A stretch of DNA of 64,000 nucleotides from Trueperaceae bacterium (GCA_034520945.1 JAXHNB010000006.1:224001-288000), one strand, 5' to 3'; positions 32,749-42,166 are shown, counted from the stretch's first letter. Numbers and translations: made by a program. The notes: generated from the letters alone by a model not told the origin.

Positions 32749-32850
32749 CGGGGCGTGGTGTCTTCGTGCTCCCCCGGTGGGCGCGAACGTGCCATCCTGG
32801 GGGCACGGACGAACTGGGTGGCCGGCACGACCGGCCGGGGAGGTGAAACC

Positions 32851-33312
32851 GTGTACGACCGTATCCTCATGCCGACCGACGGCAGCGCATGCGCACGTCA
32901 CGCGACCAAGGAAGGGCTCGAGCTGGCGAAGCGGTTGGGCGCCACCGTCACGTTCCTGCACGTGGTGGAGAACCCCTTGGTCGCCGGCTACGCGGCGCCG
33001 GAGGCGCTGCCGTACTCGGCCCAGCTGTACCAGGACCTGAAGAAGGCCGCCAACGACATTCTCGAAGAGGCGTTGGCGCGGGCGGAGGCGGCGGGGGTCG
33101 ACGCCGAGGCGACGCTGGTCGAGGACCGGCGGCCCTCGGATGCGATTCGGGACGCCGAGCCGGGCCACGATCTGGTGATCATGGGTACGCACGGGAGGCG
33201 TGGCCTCGACCGCTTCATGTTCGGCTCGGTCACCGAGGGGGCGTTGCGCGGCGCGACCAAGCCGTACCTGATCATTCGTGCTCAGGACGACGAGGAGGCG
33301 CGCAATGGCTGA
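32851..33312 (+). CDS. Universal stress protein
   Basis: YDRILMPTDGS...DLVIMGTHGRRGLDRFMFGSVTE; GGAGGTG RBS. Confidence 0.94.
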   Translation: MYDRILMPTDGSACARHATKEGLELAKRLGATVTFLHVVENPLVAGYAAPEALPYSAQLYQDLKKAANDILEEALARAEAAGVDAEATLVEDRRPSDAIRDAEPGHDLVIMGTHGRRGLDRFMFGSVTEGALRGATKPYLIIRAQDDEEARNG

Positions 33313-33835
33313 GGTGCGGATCCTGGTGCCGCTGGACGGCTCCGAGTTCAGCCAGCGCGCCTTGGACGTGCTCGGGCGCCTGTTCTCCGCGGACCGTGAC
33401 CGCGTGACGTTGTTGCGCGTGGGTACGGCGCCCGGTTCGGTCGGCGGCCCGCCGCCGCGCCGGACGGTGACGTCCGAGCTGATGCTGGACGAACCCGAGG
33501 AGCCGGTTCGCGTGTACGACAGTCAGGAGTGGGACAGCGCCCGCGGCGAGCTGCGCGACGCCTTGGGCCCCGCCGCCCGCCGTCTCGAGAGCGAGGGGTG
33601 GCGCGTCGAACGGGCGACGGCGTTCGGGGATCCGGCCGAAGAGATCGAGGCGATCTGCCGTGACGAAGGCATCGACGTGGTGGTGATGGCGACGCACGGC
33701 AGGACCGGTCTATCGCGCGCCCTGTTGGGCAGTGTGGCGGAGCGCGTCCTGCGTCGGCTGGAGGTGCCAGTGACGATGGTGCGGCCGAGCGAAGTGCGAA
33801 CGGGGGAGACGCAGGCGTCTGAAACGCACGCGTAG
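33305..33835 (+). CDS. Universal stress protein
   Basis: RILVPLDGSEFS...VVMATHGRTGLSRALLGSVAE. Confidence 0.94.
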   Translation: MAEVRILVPLDGSEFSQRALDVLGRLFSADRDRVTLLRVGTAPGSVGGPPPRRTVTSELMLDEPEEPVRVYDSQEWDSARGELRDALGPAARRLESEGWRVERATAFGDPAEEIEAICRDEGIDVVVMATHGRTGLSRALLGSVAERVLRRLEVPVTMVRPSEVRTGETQASETHA

Positions 33836-33925
33836 CCTCTCGGCGGGCCGACGCGCGCCGCCGCGCGGGACCGGAGCGGGCCCCGCGCGGCGGCGGGTGT
33901 GTGCTCGGCGGTACGCGCGGTGCGC

Positions 33926-34017
33926 AAAAAAAAGCGGCCCCCGTGGCTGCGGGCTGCCGGGGGGACGCCACGGGGACCAGTTGCCCGGGAGCGGGGGGGT
34001 CGCCTCGTCCCCCGGGC
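33926..34017 (-). ncRNA. Candidate small RNA with two C-rich-loop hairpins and a U8 terminator
   Basis: Minus strand: 9-bp stem with a C7 loop, 12-bp stem with a C6 loop, then T8. Both flanking genes are on the plus strand. Confidence 0.55.
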
Positions 34018-34190
34018 CACCTACAGCAAACCACGAAATCGCGCGTAAGGATGTCGGTGTTCTTCCCACGGCGCCTGTCCGCCGGTCGTGACTGTCCCGC
34101 GGCGCAGGCATCGCGTAGCATGATCGCGGCGCGGGCGCCGAGGCAGCTTTCGCGACGTGGGCCGGCGGATTCCGGTCCGAGGAGACCACC

Positions 34191-35300
34191 GTGCGACACC
34201 TGACCCGCTCGCCGACCGCCGTGCCGGCACGGGACGCCGCCGCGCGGCGCACGCACGAACTCGAGACGTTGCACGCCCTGGGACGCGAGCTGGCCCGGGC
34301 TTCGGACGTGTCCGAGGTGCTGGCGTGCAGCCTGCGCGATCTGGTCGACATGGGGTGGTTCTCCTGCGGCGAGGCCTACCGGCTCGTGAACGGGGCGCCG
34401 GTACCCGTGGCGCTGGGTCGTTGCCGCTATGCCGACGTCGAAGCGTGCGGCATGCGCGGCGTTCTGCTCGAACGCGCCGGCCAGTGGATCGATGCCGAGG
34501 CGATCGGCGACCAGGACGGCTGGACGTTCGTGCCGATCGACCGGCGCGCGTTGTTGGCCCTCGCGCAGACCGATCCGCCCGCCGATACCTCGACGAGCTT
34601 CCTGCAGGCGGTGGTCGAGATCGTGTCCTCGGCGCTGAAGCGCGCCTCGCTGCACGGGCGCTTGGCCGACAAGGAGCGGCAGCGCTCCCGGCTTCTGGCC
34701 GCGCTCCTGAACGCCCAGGAGGAGGAGCGGGCCCGCATCTCCCGCGATCTTCACGATCAGATCGGGCAGGCCCTCACCGCCCTGCTGCTCGGGCTGGACG
34801 AGTCGATCGCGCGACCGGACGCGCACCGCCTGACGAAGCTGAAGGAGCTGACCTCCGTGACGCTGGACGACGTGCGCCGGATCGCGCTCGACCTCAGGCC
34901 GTCCCTCCTGGACGAGTTGGGGCTCGAGGCGGCGGTGCGGCGGTACGCCCGTGATGTGCGGGAACGCTACGCGCTCGAGGTCGGGGTGGAGGTCCATCTG
35001 CCGCGTCTGTCGAGGCAGAGCGAGACGGTGCTGTACCGCGTCGCGCAGGAGGCCCTCACCAACGTGGTGCGGCATGCACGGGCCTCGTCGGCGTCGGTGG
35101 TGGCGATGCTCGCCGAGGGGACGGTCCAGTGGGTCGTCGAGGACGACGGTATCGGGTTCGACGCGTCGTCCCTCGAATCGGCCGAACGGGTCGGCCTGAT
35201 CGGCATGCGGGAGCGCCTGGAGCTTCTGGGCGGGTCGTTGCGGATCGAGTCGGCGCCTGGACGCGGGACCACGGTGCACGCGCGCCTTCCCCGCCGCTGA
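34191..35300 (+). CDS. Cytoplasmic sensor histidine kinase (HisKA_3, NarX/UhpB type)
   Basis: QEEERARISRDLHDQIGQ, QEALTNVVRH, EDDGIGF, GLIGMRER; no TM segment. Confidence 0.93.
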   Translation: MRHLTRSPTAVPARDAAARRTHELETLHALGRELARASDVSEVLACSLRDLVDMGWFSCGEAYRLVNGAPVPVALGRCRYADVEACGMRGVLLERAGQWIDAEAIGDQDGWTFVPIDRRALLALAQTDPPADTSTSFLQAVVEIVSSALKRASLHGRLADKERQRSRLLAALLNAQEEERARISRDLHDQIGQALTALLLGLDESIARPDAHRLTKLKELTSVTLDDVRRIALDLRPSLLDELGLEAAVRRYARDVRERYALEVGVEVHLPRLSRQSETVLYRVAQEALTNVVRHARASSASVVAMLAEGTVQWVVEDDGIGFDASSLESAERVGLIGMRERLELLGGSLRIESAPGRGTTVHARLPRR

Positions 35301-35342
35301 ACGTCCCTTCGCCCGCTGAGCGCGTTCTTGTACGCTGAGTGC

Positions 35343-35984
35343 ATGAAGAAGCCGTTGCGGCTGTTCGTCGTCGACGATCACGCCATCGTCCGGGCCGGGG
35401 TCTGCATGTTGTTGGACGCCCGGGACGGCTTCGAGGTGGTGGGCGAGGCGGACAGCGGCGAAGAGGCGCTTCGAGCCGCGCCGGAGTTGGCGCCGGACGT
35501 GGTGGTGCTGGACCTGTCCCTGCCGGGGATCAACGGGATCGAGACGGCGCGCCGCCTGCGAACGCTTCTGCCCGGCGCGCACTTCGTGGCGTTGTCCATG
35601 CACGAGGACCCGGCGTACGTGCAGGGGTTCCTGGAGGCGGGCGGCTCGGGCTACGTGCCCAAGAGCTCGCTGGAGACGCAGTTGGAGGACGCCATCCTGG
35701 CGGTGTCGCGCGGGGAGTACTACGCGCCGGCCCGCCTGTTGGCGGAGCTGGCACGCGACATGGCCAACGGTGATCCCCAACGTCAGGCGCGCCTGACCGG
35801 TCGGGAGTCGGAGGTGGTGCGCCAGATCGCGCACGGAAGTACCTACCGGGAGATCGCCGAAGCGCTCGGCATCAGCGAGAAGACCGTGGCCACCTACCGT
35901 GAGCGTGCCAGCGAGAAGCTCGGCGTGCGTACGCGTGCGGACTTGGTTCGCTGGGCGCTCCGCAACGGCATGCTGGACGACTGA
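35343..35984 (+). CDS. NarL/LuxR family response regulator
   Basis: VDDHAIVR, VVLDLSLPG, LTGRESEV...EIAEALGISEKTV. Confidence 0.94.
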   Translation: MKKPLRLFVVDDHAIVRAGVCMLLDARDGFEVVGEADSGEEALRAAPELAPDVVVLDLSLPGINGIETARRLRTLLPGAHFVALSMHEDPAYVQGFLEAGGSGYVPKSSLETQLEDAILAVSRGEYYAPARLLAELARDMANGDPQRQARLTGRESEVVRQIAHGSTYREIAEALGISEKTVATYRERASEKLGVRTRADLVRWALRNGMLDD

Positions 35985-36043
35985 CGTCGAGGGGCGCGCG
36001 CGGGGCGACGGCGGGGCTCGCCGGCCCGTGCTAAAACTTCCGC

Positions 36044-36493
36044 ATGGAACTATCTGCCCGGCAGGTCGCGTTTCTGGAGTTCGCGCGCGGCCTGTTGCGC
36101 CTCGACCGAAGCGTGCACGAGGTGATCGACCGGGCGGTCGCGACCGAGCTCGGCCTTCGGGCCCGTCAGGTGTTCGTGCTGGCCGCGTTGGAGCGCGGTG
36201 CCCGCCACCCGGGCGCGGTGGCCCGGCGGTTGAACCTTCCCGCCCCGAGCGTGACGCGGACCGTGGAGGGCCTGGTCGCCGCCGGCCACGTGACGCGTCG
36301 GCGCAGCACCGGCGACCGGCGCCGGGTCGAGCTCGCGCTCACCGATCGGGGACAGGCGTTGTTGGCTCGCGCCCGCGGCACGTTGTCGCAGGGCCTGGCG
36401 GACGCCTGGCCCCACCTCGACACCGCGCGGGTGGCGGATCTGGCCGAGGGTCTCGCGGAGATGGTCGACGCCCGGGAGGACCCCGTTGGCTGA
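36044..36493 (+). CDS. MarR family regulator
   Basis: PSVTRTVEGLVAAGHVTR...DRRRVELALTDRG. Confidence 0.88.
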   Translation: MELSARQVAFLEFARGLLRLDRSVHEVIDRAVATELGLRARQVFVLAALERGARHPGAVARRLNLPAPSVTRTVEGLVAAGHVTRRRSTGDRRRVELALTDRGQALLARARGTLSQGLADAWPHLDTARVADLAEGLAEMVDAREDPVG

Positions 36494-38069
36494 CGCCACG
36501 CACCGAGAGAAGCTGTTGGCGTTCGGGGGCGTGCTGGCGGTGCTGTTCCTGTCCTCGCTGAATCTGACGGTGGTGGGCACGGCCTTGCCGCGCATCATCG
36601 CGGAGTTGGAGGGCTTCGACCTCTACGCTTGGGCGTTCACGAGCTTCTCGTTGGCGTCGACCGTCACGCTGCCGATCTACGGCCGCATCAGCGACGCCAT
36701 CGGCCGGCGGCCCGTGCTCCTGTTCGGCATCGTGTCGTTCACCACCGCCTCGGTCCTGACCGGACTCAGCCAGTCGATGCTGCAGTTGGTGGTGTTCCGT
36801 GCCGTGCAGGGGCTGGGTGGCGGTGCGCTGATCAGCATGACCTGGGCCGCGATCGGCGACATCTTCACGCCCCGCGAGCGCGGGCGCTACCAAGGGCTCA
36901 CCGGCGCCGTCTTCGGCGTGTCCAGCGTGATCGGGCCGCTGATCGGGGGCCTGTTCACGGACACCATCGGCTGGCGATGGGTGTTCTTCGTGAACGTGCC
37001 GGTCGCATTGGCTGCCTACGAAGTGGTCCGACGCTACCTGCCGAAGTCCGTCCGGCGCCCTGGATCCGGCATCGACCTGGCCGGGACGGTGTTCCTGGTG
37101 GCGGGAACGGTGCCGTTGCTGTTGGCCCTGACCTGGGCCGGCACCACCCGGCCGTGGGGCGACCCGGTGGTGATCTGGGCCTTCGCCGGGTCGGCGGTGG
37201 CGCTGGCGGCCTTCGTCGTCACGCAGATACGGAGTTCCCACCCGACGTTGGATCCCGCGGCGTTCCGCGACCCCACCTACGCGCTGGCCAACGCCGCCGC
37301 CTTCCTGACCGGCATCGGCCTGTTCGGCGCGATCATCTACCTCCCGCTGTACATCCAGGGGGTGCAGGGCGGGAGTGCGGCCGCGTCCGGGTTCGTGCTG
37401 GCGCCGTTGATGATCGGCGTGGTGGTGGGGTCCACCGTGAGTGGATGGTTGGCCAGCCGCACCGGCCGCTACCGCCGCTGGATCGCGATGGGGATCGCGT
37501 TCATGACCGTCGGATTCGTGCTGGCCGCCCAATTCGGCCCGTCCACGTCCACCTGGGTCGTGGTGGCGGTGATGGTCGTGCTCGGCGCTGGGATCGGACC
37601 GACCAACTCGCTGCTGACGCTCGCGGTGCAGAACGCCCTTCCCATTGCGCAGTTGGGCGTGGCGACCGGCGCCAACCAGTTCTTCCGTCAGATCGGCGGC
37701 ACGCTCGGCGTGACGGTGTTCGGCACCATGGTGGCCGGCCACGTCCGCAACGGCCTTCCCGGGTTGCTGCCGGGGGGTGGCGAGGGGTTGCCTGCGGGGC
37801 TGGCCTCGACCTTGAGCGATCCGAACCTTCTGACCGACCCGGTCCGGCTGGCCAGGGTGCGGGCGACGGTCGAGCCGTTGCTGGACGAGGGCGCGTTCGA
37901 GACGTTCCTGGCCTCGCTCCGCGCCTTGCTGGGCACGGGCCTCAGCGAGGTGTTCCTGGTCGGCGCGGCGGTGAGCCTAGTGGCGCTGGGGCTCGCGGCC
38001 TGCATGCCGTCCGCCGCGCTTCAGGACACCGTGGTCGCCCCAGAGCGGTCGTCCGCGTCCACGTCGTGA
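36486..38069 (+). CDS. MFS drug:H+ antiporter (DHA2, 14-TM)
   Basis: TVVGTALPRI, YGRISDAIGRR, GPLIGGLFTDTIGWRWVFFVNVP, FFRQIGG. Confidence 0.92.
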   Translation: MADATHREKLLAFGGVLAVLFLSSLNLTVVGTALPRIIAELEGFDLYAWAFTSFSLASTVTLPIYGRISDAIGRRPVLLFGIVSFTTASVLTGLSQSMLQLVVFRAVQGLGGGALISMTWAAIGDIFTPRERGRYQGLTGAVFGVSSVIGPLIGGLFTDTIGWRWVFFVNVPVALAAYEVVRRYLPKSVRRPGSGIDLAGTVFLVAGTVPLLLALTWAGTTRPWGDPVVIWAFAGSAVALAAFVVTQIRSSHPTLDPAAFRDPTYALANAAAFLTGIGLFGAIIYLPLYIQGVQGGSAAASGFVLAPLMIGVVVGSTVSGWLASRTGRYRRWIAMGIAFMTVGFVLAAQFGPSTSTWVVVAVMVVLGAGIGPTNSLLTLAVQNALPIAQLGVATGANQFFRQIGGTLGVTVFGTMVAGHVRNGLPGLLPGGGEGLPAGLASTLSDPNLLTDPVRLARVRATVEPLLDEGAFETFLASLRALLGTGLSEVFLVGAAVSLVALGLAACMPSAALQDTVVAPERSSASTS

Positions 38070-38093
38070 CGGCCGGTCGAGCTCCCACGTCGG

Positions 38094-38117
38094 GCGGGGC
38101 GCCCGAAGGCGCCCCGC
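38094..38117. terminator. Hairpin between convergent genes
   Basis: 10-bp stem GCGGGGCGCC/GGCGCCCCGC; cUUCGg loop on the minus strand; no U-tract. Confidence 0.5.
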
Positions 38118-38146
38118 GATCGTGCATGGCGTAGGTCCCCGCCCGC

Positions 38147-38533
38147 TCAGTCCCGTACGAAGGTCACCTCTTTGGCGTCGAGGTCGGCCGACTCCACCTT
38201 CCACCCGGCCGACAACCAGGTGAGCGCCTGCGAGTGCGTATCGGTGTTGGCCCACCAGGCGCGGTGGCGGTGCGCCGAAGCGGGCAGCGCGCGCCCGATG
38301 ATCTCCTCGATCCGATCGAACGACAGCGTCGTTTCCTCCCCGCTCGCGTCCTGCAAGTGGGTGCCGATCGCGGCGTAGCTGCTGGCCGAGGGCCCGCTGG
38401 AGCGGCGCGATCTGCGCGCCCCCCGCCGCACCGACGGCAGCGTCGTCTCGCCCGCCAGCCACCGGCCCACCAGCGCGTAGAACTCTGCGGCGCGCTCGGC
38501 CGGGATCAGCACTTTGGCTTCTACTTGATTCAT
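38147..38533 (-). CDS. Hypothetical protein with a DUF7662-like C-terminal domain
   Basis: LSFDRIEEIIGRALPASA...AWWAN...WLSAGWKV...VTFVR; GGAGG RBS. Confidence 0.7.
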   Translation of the reverse strand: MNQVEAKVLIPAERAAEFYALVGRWLAGETTLPSVRRGARRSRRSSGPSASSYAAIGTHLQDASGEETTLSFDRIEEIIGRALPASAHRHRAWWANTDTHSQALTWLSAGWKVESADLDAKEVTFVRD

Positions 38534-38705
38534 CGAAACACCTCCGGACTCGACCCGTGAAGGTCGACCTGGAGTGTACGACATCGGCGCCTCTCATGGG
38601 TGGGTCGCCGCATACACGTATGCCGAACCGTACCGACTCCGGGCCCGAGCAGGTACACCGTACGGGCGACCACGAACCCGGAACGGGCTGGCCCACGAGA
38701 AGGCG

Positions 38706-39452
38706 TCAGTCGTGGGGGGTGAGGTCGTAGAACCGCTCGACGCGGAGGCCCTCCTCGAGCCGGGTGTGCAGGTGCGCGTCCTGCTTCGCCCCCGCGGCCA
38801 TCCGCGCGAACATCGACTTGGTCTGGCTCGCGTGCGCTTCGAGCGCCCGTCGCTTTCGGTCGGCGTACGGGGCGACGTCCACGCAGGCGTCCGGGGGTCC
38901 CAAGGCCGCCTCGACCCCGTCGTGCTCGCCGACGGCGACGGCCCATAGGCGTGGCCGTCGCGCGGCGGGCACGCCTGCCACCGCTCGCCGCGTCGCCTCG
39001 CCCAACGCGTCGTGATCGGGATGAACGCCCCAGCCGGGATAGAAGGTGATCACCAGGTCCGGCGTCGTCTCTTCGATCACCGCTCCGACGCGGCCGGCCA
39101 GCTCGGCGGGGTCCTCGAACTCGACCGTCTTGTCGCGCAGGCCCATCAGGCGCGGGTCCGCCCCGAGGATTCGGCAGGCGGCGCGCAGCTCGGCCTCGCG
39201 GACATCCCGCAACGTCTCGCGGTTGGCGAAGAACGGCACGCCCATGTTGCGGCCCATGTCGCCGAAGGTGCCGCACAGATAGGTGACCGGCACGCCTGCG
39301 TCGGCATGGAGCGCCATGGTGCCGCCGGCCGAGAAGCTCTCGTCGTCCGGATGCGGCAGCACCACCAGCAGGTGCCGCTGCGCCACCGGGGCGGTGATCT
39401 CGGCCGGGCCGGCGCTCGCGTCCGCCGAGGCGCCCGGGTCGGACCCCCTCAC
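38706..39452 (-). CDS. bshB2: Bacillithiol biosynthesis deacetylase BshB2 (PIG-L family)
   Basis: PHPDDE, GDMGRNMG.PFFANRETL, HPDHDA, AHASQ; downstream of yojF. Confidence 0.88.
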   Translation of the reverse strand: MRGSDPGASADASAGPAEITAPVAQRHLLVVLPHPDDESFSAGGTMALHADAGVPVTYLCGTFGDMGRNMGVPFFANRETLRDVREAELRAACRILGADPRLMGLRDKTVEFEDPAELAGRVGAVIEETTPDLVITFYPGWGVHPDHDALGEATRRAVAGVPAARRPRLWAVAVGEHDGVEAALGPPDACVDVAPYADRKRRALEAHASQTKSMFARMAAGAKQDAHLHTRLEEGLRVERFYDLTPHD

Positions 39453-39808
39453 GCCGCCCCCTCGCGGAAGGGGGCCTCGCTGAGCTGGAGTGCCATGCGG
39501 AGGCGGCCCTGGTCGTCGTAGCCCGCCATCAGCAGCCGTCCCGGCGAGGGGCGTTCGGCGTGCGTGAGTCCGTGCCCGTACACCCAGCCCTCGTCCATCT
39601 TGAGCCCCACGCGGTAGGGGCCGTCCCCCCGGACGGCGCCACGGTCATAGCGGATGCGTGCGTTGCGGACGAACGCCACGCACGGTGGGACCGGATCGGG
39701 TCCCATCGCCGAATAGGTGCCGGTGGTCGTCTCCAGGTGAAGGTACACGTCGCGTCCCGCCAGGCCGTCCAGCGCCTCCTGCACGGAGCTCGGATCGATC
39801 GGTTCCAA
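39449..39808 (-). CDS. yojF: YojF / DUF1806 family protein
   Basis: VYLHLETTTGTY, AFVRNA, GPYRVGLKM..GWVY..GLTH. Confidence 0.85.
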   Translation of the reverse strand: MEPIDPSSVQEALDGLAGRDVYLHLETTTGTYSAMGPDPVPPCVAFVRNARIRYDRGAVRGDGPYRVGLKMDEGWVYGHGLTHAERPSPGRLLMAGYDDQGRLRMALQLSEAPFREGAA

Positions 39809-39949
39809 GGCGTTCGCACCTCCTCGCCGGAGGGGAGGATACCCCGACCGTCCCGGGCGCGCCGTCCGCCAGCGCGCGTGGCGTCCGGCAGGAACAGGGG
39901 GTGGCGCGGCAGCGTGGCCGCGTCGATGGCCGGTGCAGGGACGGCCACG

Positions 39950-41689
39950 TCAGTCGCGCACGTCCTGCTTGGCGAGGAAGCGCCGGAGGCGCGGCAGGGG
40001 CCAGGTGTTGATCACGTCCTCCGCGCGCAGCCAGGCGCGCCGCGCCTGCAGCACGCCGTGTTCCGCGAGATCCAGGTCCGCGGCGGCGTGGGCGTCGGTG
40101 TTCACGGCGATCCACGCCCCCACCTGCCGCGCGCGCCGGGCCCAGACGTCGTCCAGGTCCAGGCGGGCGGGGTTGGCATTGATCTCCAGTGCGACGCCGT
40201 AGCGCTGGGCCGCGCGGGTGACGGCGTCCAGATCCAGCGCCATCCCCTCGCGCCGGCCCAGCATCCGACCCGTAGGGTGGCCCAGCACGTTGACGGCGGG
40301 GTGCGCCAACGCCCGCAGCACGCGGCGCGTCTGCTCGGCTTCGGGCAGGTCCAGGCGACCGTGCACGCTGGCGATCACCACGTCCATGCGGTCCAGCATG
40401 TCGTCGTCCATGTCCAGCGAACCGTCCGCCAGAACGTCGACCTCCATGCCGCGCAGCACCTCGAGGCCGGACGCCACGGGTTCGAGTTCGTCCAGCGCCT
40501 GCCATTGACGTTCGAGCTTGGCGCGGTCGAGCCCGCCGGTCATGGCCAGGGCGGGGCTGTGGTCGGTGACGGCCACGGCGCGCAGCCCACGATCCCCCGC
40601 GGCCTGCAGCATGGTGCCCAAGGCGTCCCGGCCGTCGCTCCAGTCGGTGTGCAGGTGGAGGTCCGAGCGCAGGTCGCCGACCTCGATCAGTTCGGGCAGC
40701 GTTCCCTCGGCGGCGGCCTCGATCTCCCCGCGGTCCTCCCGCAGCTCGGGCGGGACCCAGGCCAGGCCGAGCGCGGCGTACACCGCCGCCTCGTCGCGCG
40801 CGTCGGCCGCCGGCGCCTCACCGTCGGACGCGTGCAGGCCGTACTCGTTCAGGCTGGCGCCCATCTCGCCCGCCCGGCCGCGCAGCCGGACGTTGTGCGC
40901 CTTGCTGCCGGTGAAGTAGATCCACGCGGCGCCGAACGACGCCTCCGGCACGACGCGGAGGTCGACCTGCAGGCCGCCTACCAGCACCAGGCGGGTCTTG
41001 TCCGGGCCCGCGGCGAGAACGGTCTCCACCTCTTCGTAGTCGCGAACGTGCGCCATCACCGCCTCGGGCGCGTCGCTGACGGCCAGCAGGTCCAGGTCCC
41101 GGACCGTGTCGCGGCCGCGGCGGAAGCTGCCGCCCACCTCCACGCGTTCCGTGGCCGGCGCGTCGTGGAGCCACGCCAACAGCGGCGCCAACGCGCGGGC
41201 GGCGACGGCGCGGCGGCGCCGCGTCGCGGCCTGGCGGGCGCTGGCCACCCCGTCCAGGATCTTGGCCTGCGAGGTGGGGCCGAAGCCGGACAGGGCCGCG
41301 ATCCGCCCGTCCCGGGCGGCGCGCTCCAGCGCGTCCAGGCCGTCCACGCCGAGCTCGGCGTGGAGCCGCCGGGCGCGCTTGGGGCCGACCCCCTGCACGC
41401 GGGTCACCTCGAGCAGGCCGGTCGGCACGCGCTCGCGCAGTTCGAGCAGCGCGTCCATCTCGCCCCCTTCCAGCTTGGCGGCGATCTGGGCGGCGATGTC
41501 GTTGCCGATCCCCTTCAGCGCGCGCAGGTCCTCGCCCTGTCGGGCCATGTCGCGGAGGGGCTGCGGGTGGTCGCGAACGGTGCGGGCGGCGTTCCGGTAG
41601 GCGCGCACGCGGAACGGGTTCGCGCCCTCCAGCTCGAGCAGATCGGCGATCTCGTCGAGATCGTGGGCGATGCGTCCGTTGCTGGCCAT
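39950..41689 (-). CDS. polX: DNA polymerase/3'-5' exonuclease PolX
   Basis: ANPFRVRAYRNAA, GSFRRGRDTVRDLDLL, YFTGSKAHN; PHP domain DLHLHTDWSDG/TDHS/NTDAH. Confidence 0.95.
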   Translation of the reverse strand: MASNGRIAHDLDEIADLLELEGANPFRVRAYRNAARTVRDHPQPLRDMARQGEDLRALKGIGNDIAAQIAAKLEGGEMDALLELRERVPTGLLEVTRVQGVGPKRARRLHAELGVDGLDALERAARDGRIAALSGFGPTSQAKILDGVASARQAATRRRRAVAARALAPLLAWLHDAPATERVEVGGSFRRGRDTVRDLDLLAVSDAPEAVMAHVRDYEEVETVLAAGPDKTRLVLVGGLQVDLRVVPEASFGAAWIYFTGSKAHNVRLRGRAGEMGASLNEYGLHASDGEAPAADARDEAAVYAALGLAWVPPELREDRGEIEAAAEGTLPELIEVGDLRSDLHLHTDWSDGRDALGTMLQAAGDRGLRAVAVTDHSPALAMTGGLDRAKLERQWQALDELEPVASGLEVLRGMEVDVLADGSLDMDDDMLDRMDVVIASVHGRLDLPEAEQTRRVLRALAHPAVNVLGHPTGRMLGRREGMALDLDAVTRAAQRYGVALEINANPARLDLDDVWARRARQVGAWIAVNTDAHAAADLDLAEHGVLQARRAWLRAEDVINTWPLPRLRRFLAKQDVRD

Positions 41690-41758
41690 GACGCGAGCAT
41701 ACGGCCCGCGCCCCGCGTAGCGGCCGACGCGGCGGGGCGTCCGGGCGATACTCGGGGC

Positions 41759-42166
41759 ATGAGGCATGGCGGTCGGTCGCTTCGGGGGTGGGCGTACGCG
41801 GCGCTCGACCTGGTGCGGGGCTTGGTCGTGCTGAGCCTGTTCTGGGCGGCCGGGGCGGGGCTTGCGACGCTCCTGCCCGCGGTGCCGTTCACCGGCTCGT
41901 TGTGGGGGATGGTGCTGTTGTTCGCGGCGTTGGCCAGCGGGCGGCTGCCCGAAGCCTGGGTGGCACGGGCCGCCCGGGCGTTGGTGGGCGTGCTGGGGCT
42001 GCTGTTCGTCCCGGTCGGCGTGGGCATCGCCGCCTACGGATCGTTGGTCGTCGACAACGCGGCGGCGTTGGCGGTGGCGCTGGGTTTGGGCTCGGCGGCG
42101 ACGCTGGCGGCGACCGGGTGGGTGGTGCGCGCGTTCGAGGCGCGCCGCAGGGGCGGCCCATCATGA
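41759..42166 (+). CDS. CidA/LrgA family membrane protein
   Basis: GSLWGMVLLF, LLFVPVGVG; four TM segments; ATGA overlap with lrgB. Confidence 0.85.
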   Translation: MRHGGRSLRGWAYAALDLVRGLVVLSLFWAAGAGLATLLPAVPFTGSLWGMVLLFAALASGRLPEAWVARAARALVGVLGLLFVPVGVGIAAYGSLVVDNAAALAVALGLGSAATLAATGWVVRAFEARRRGGPS

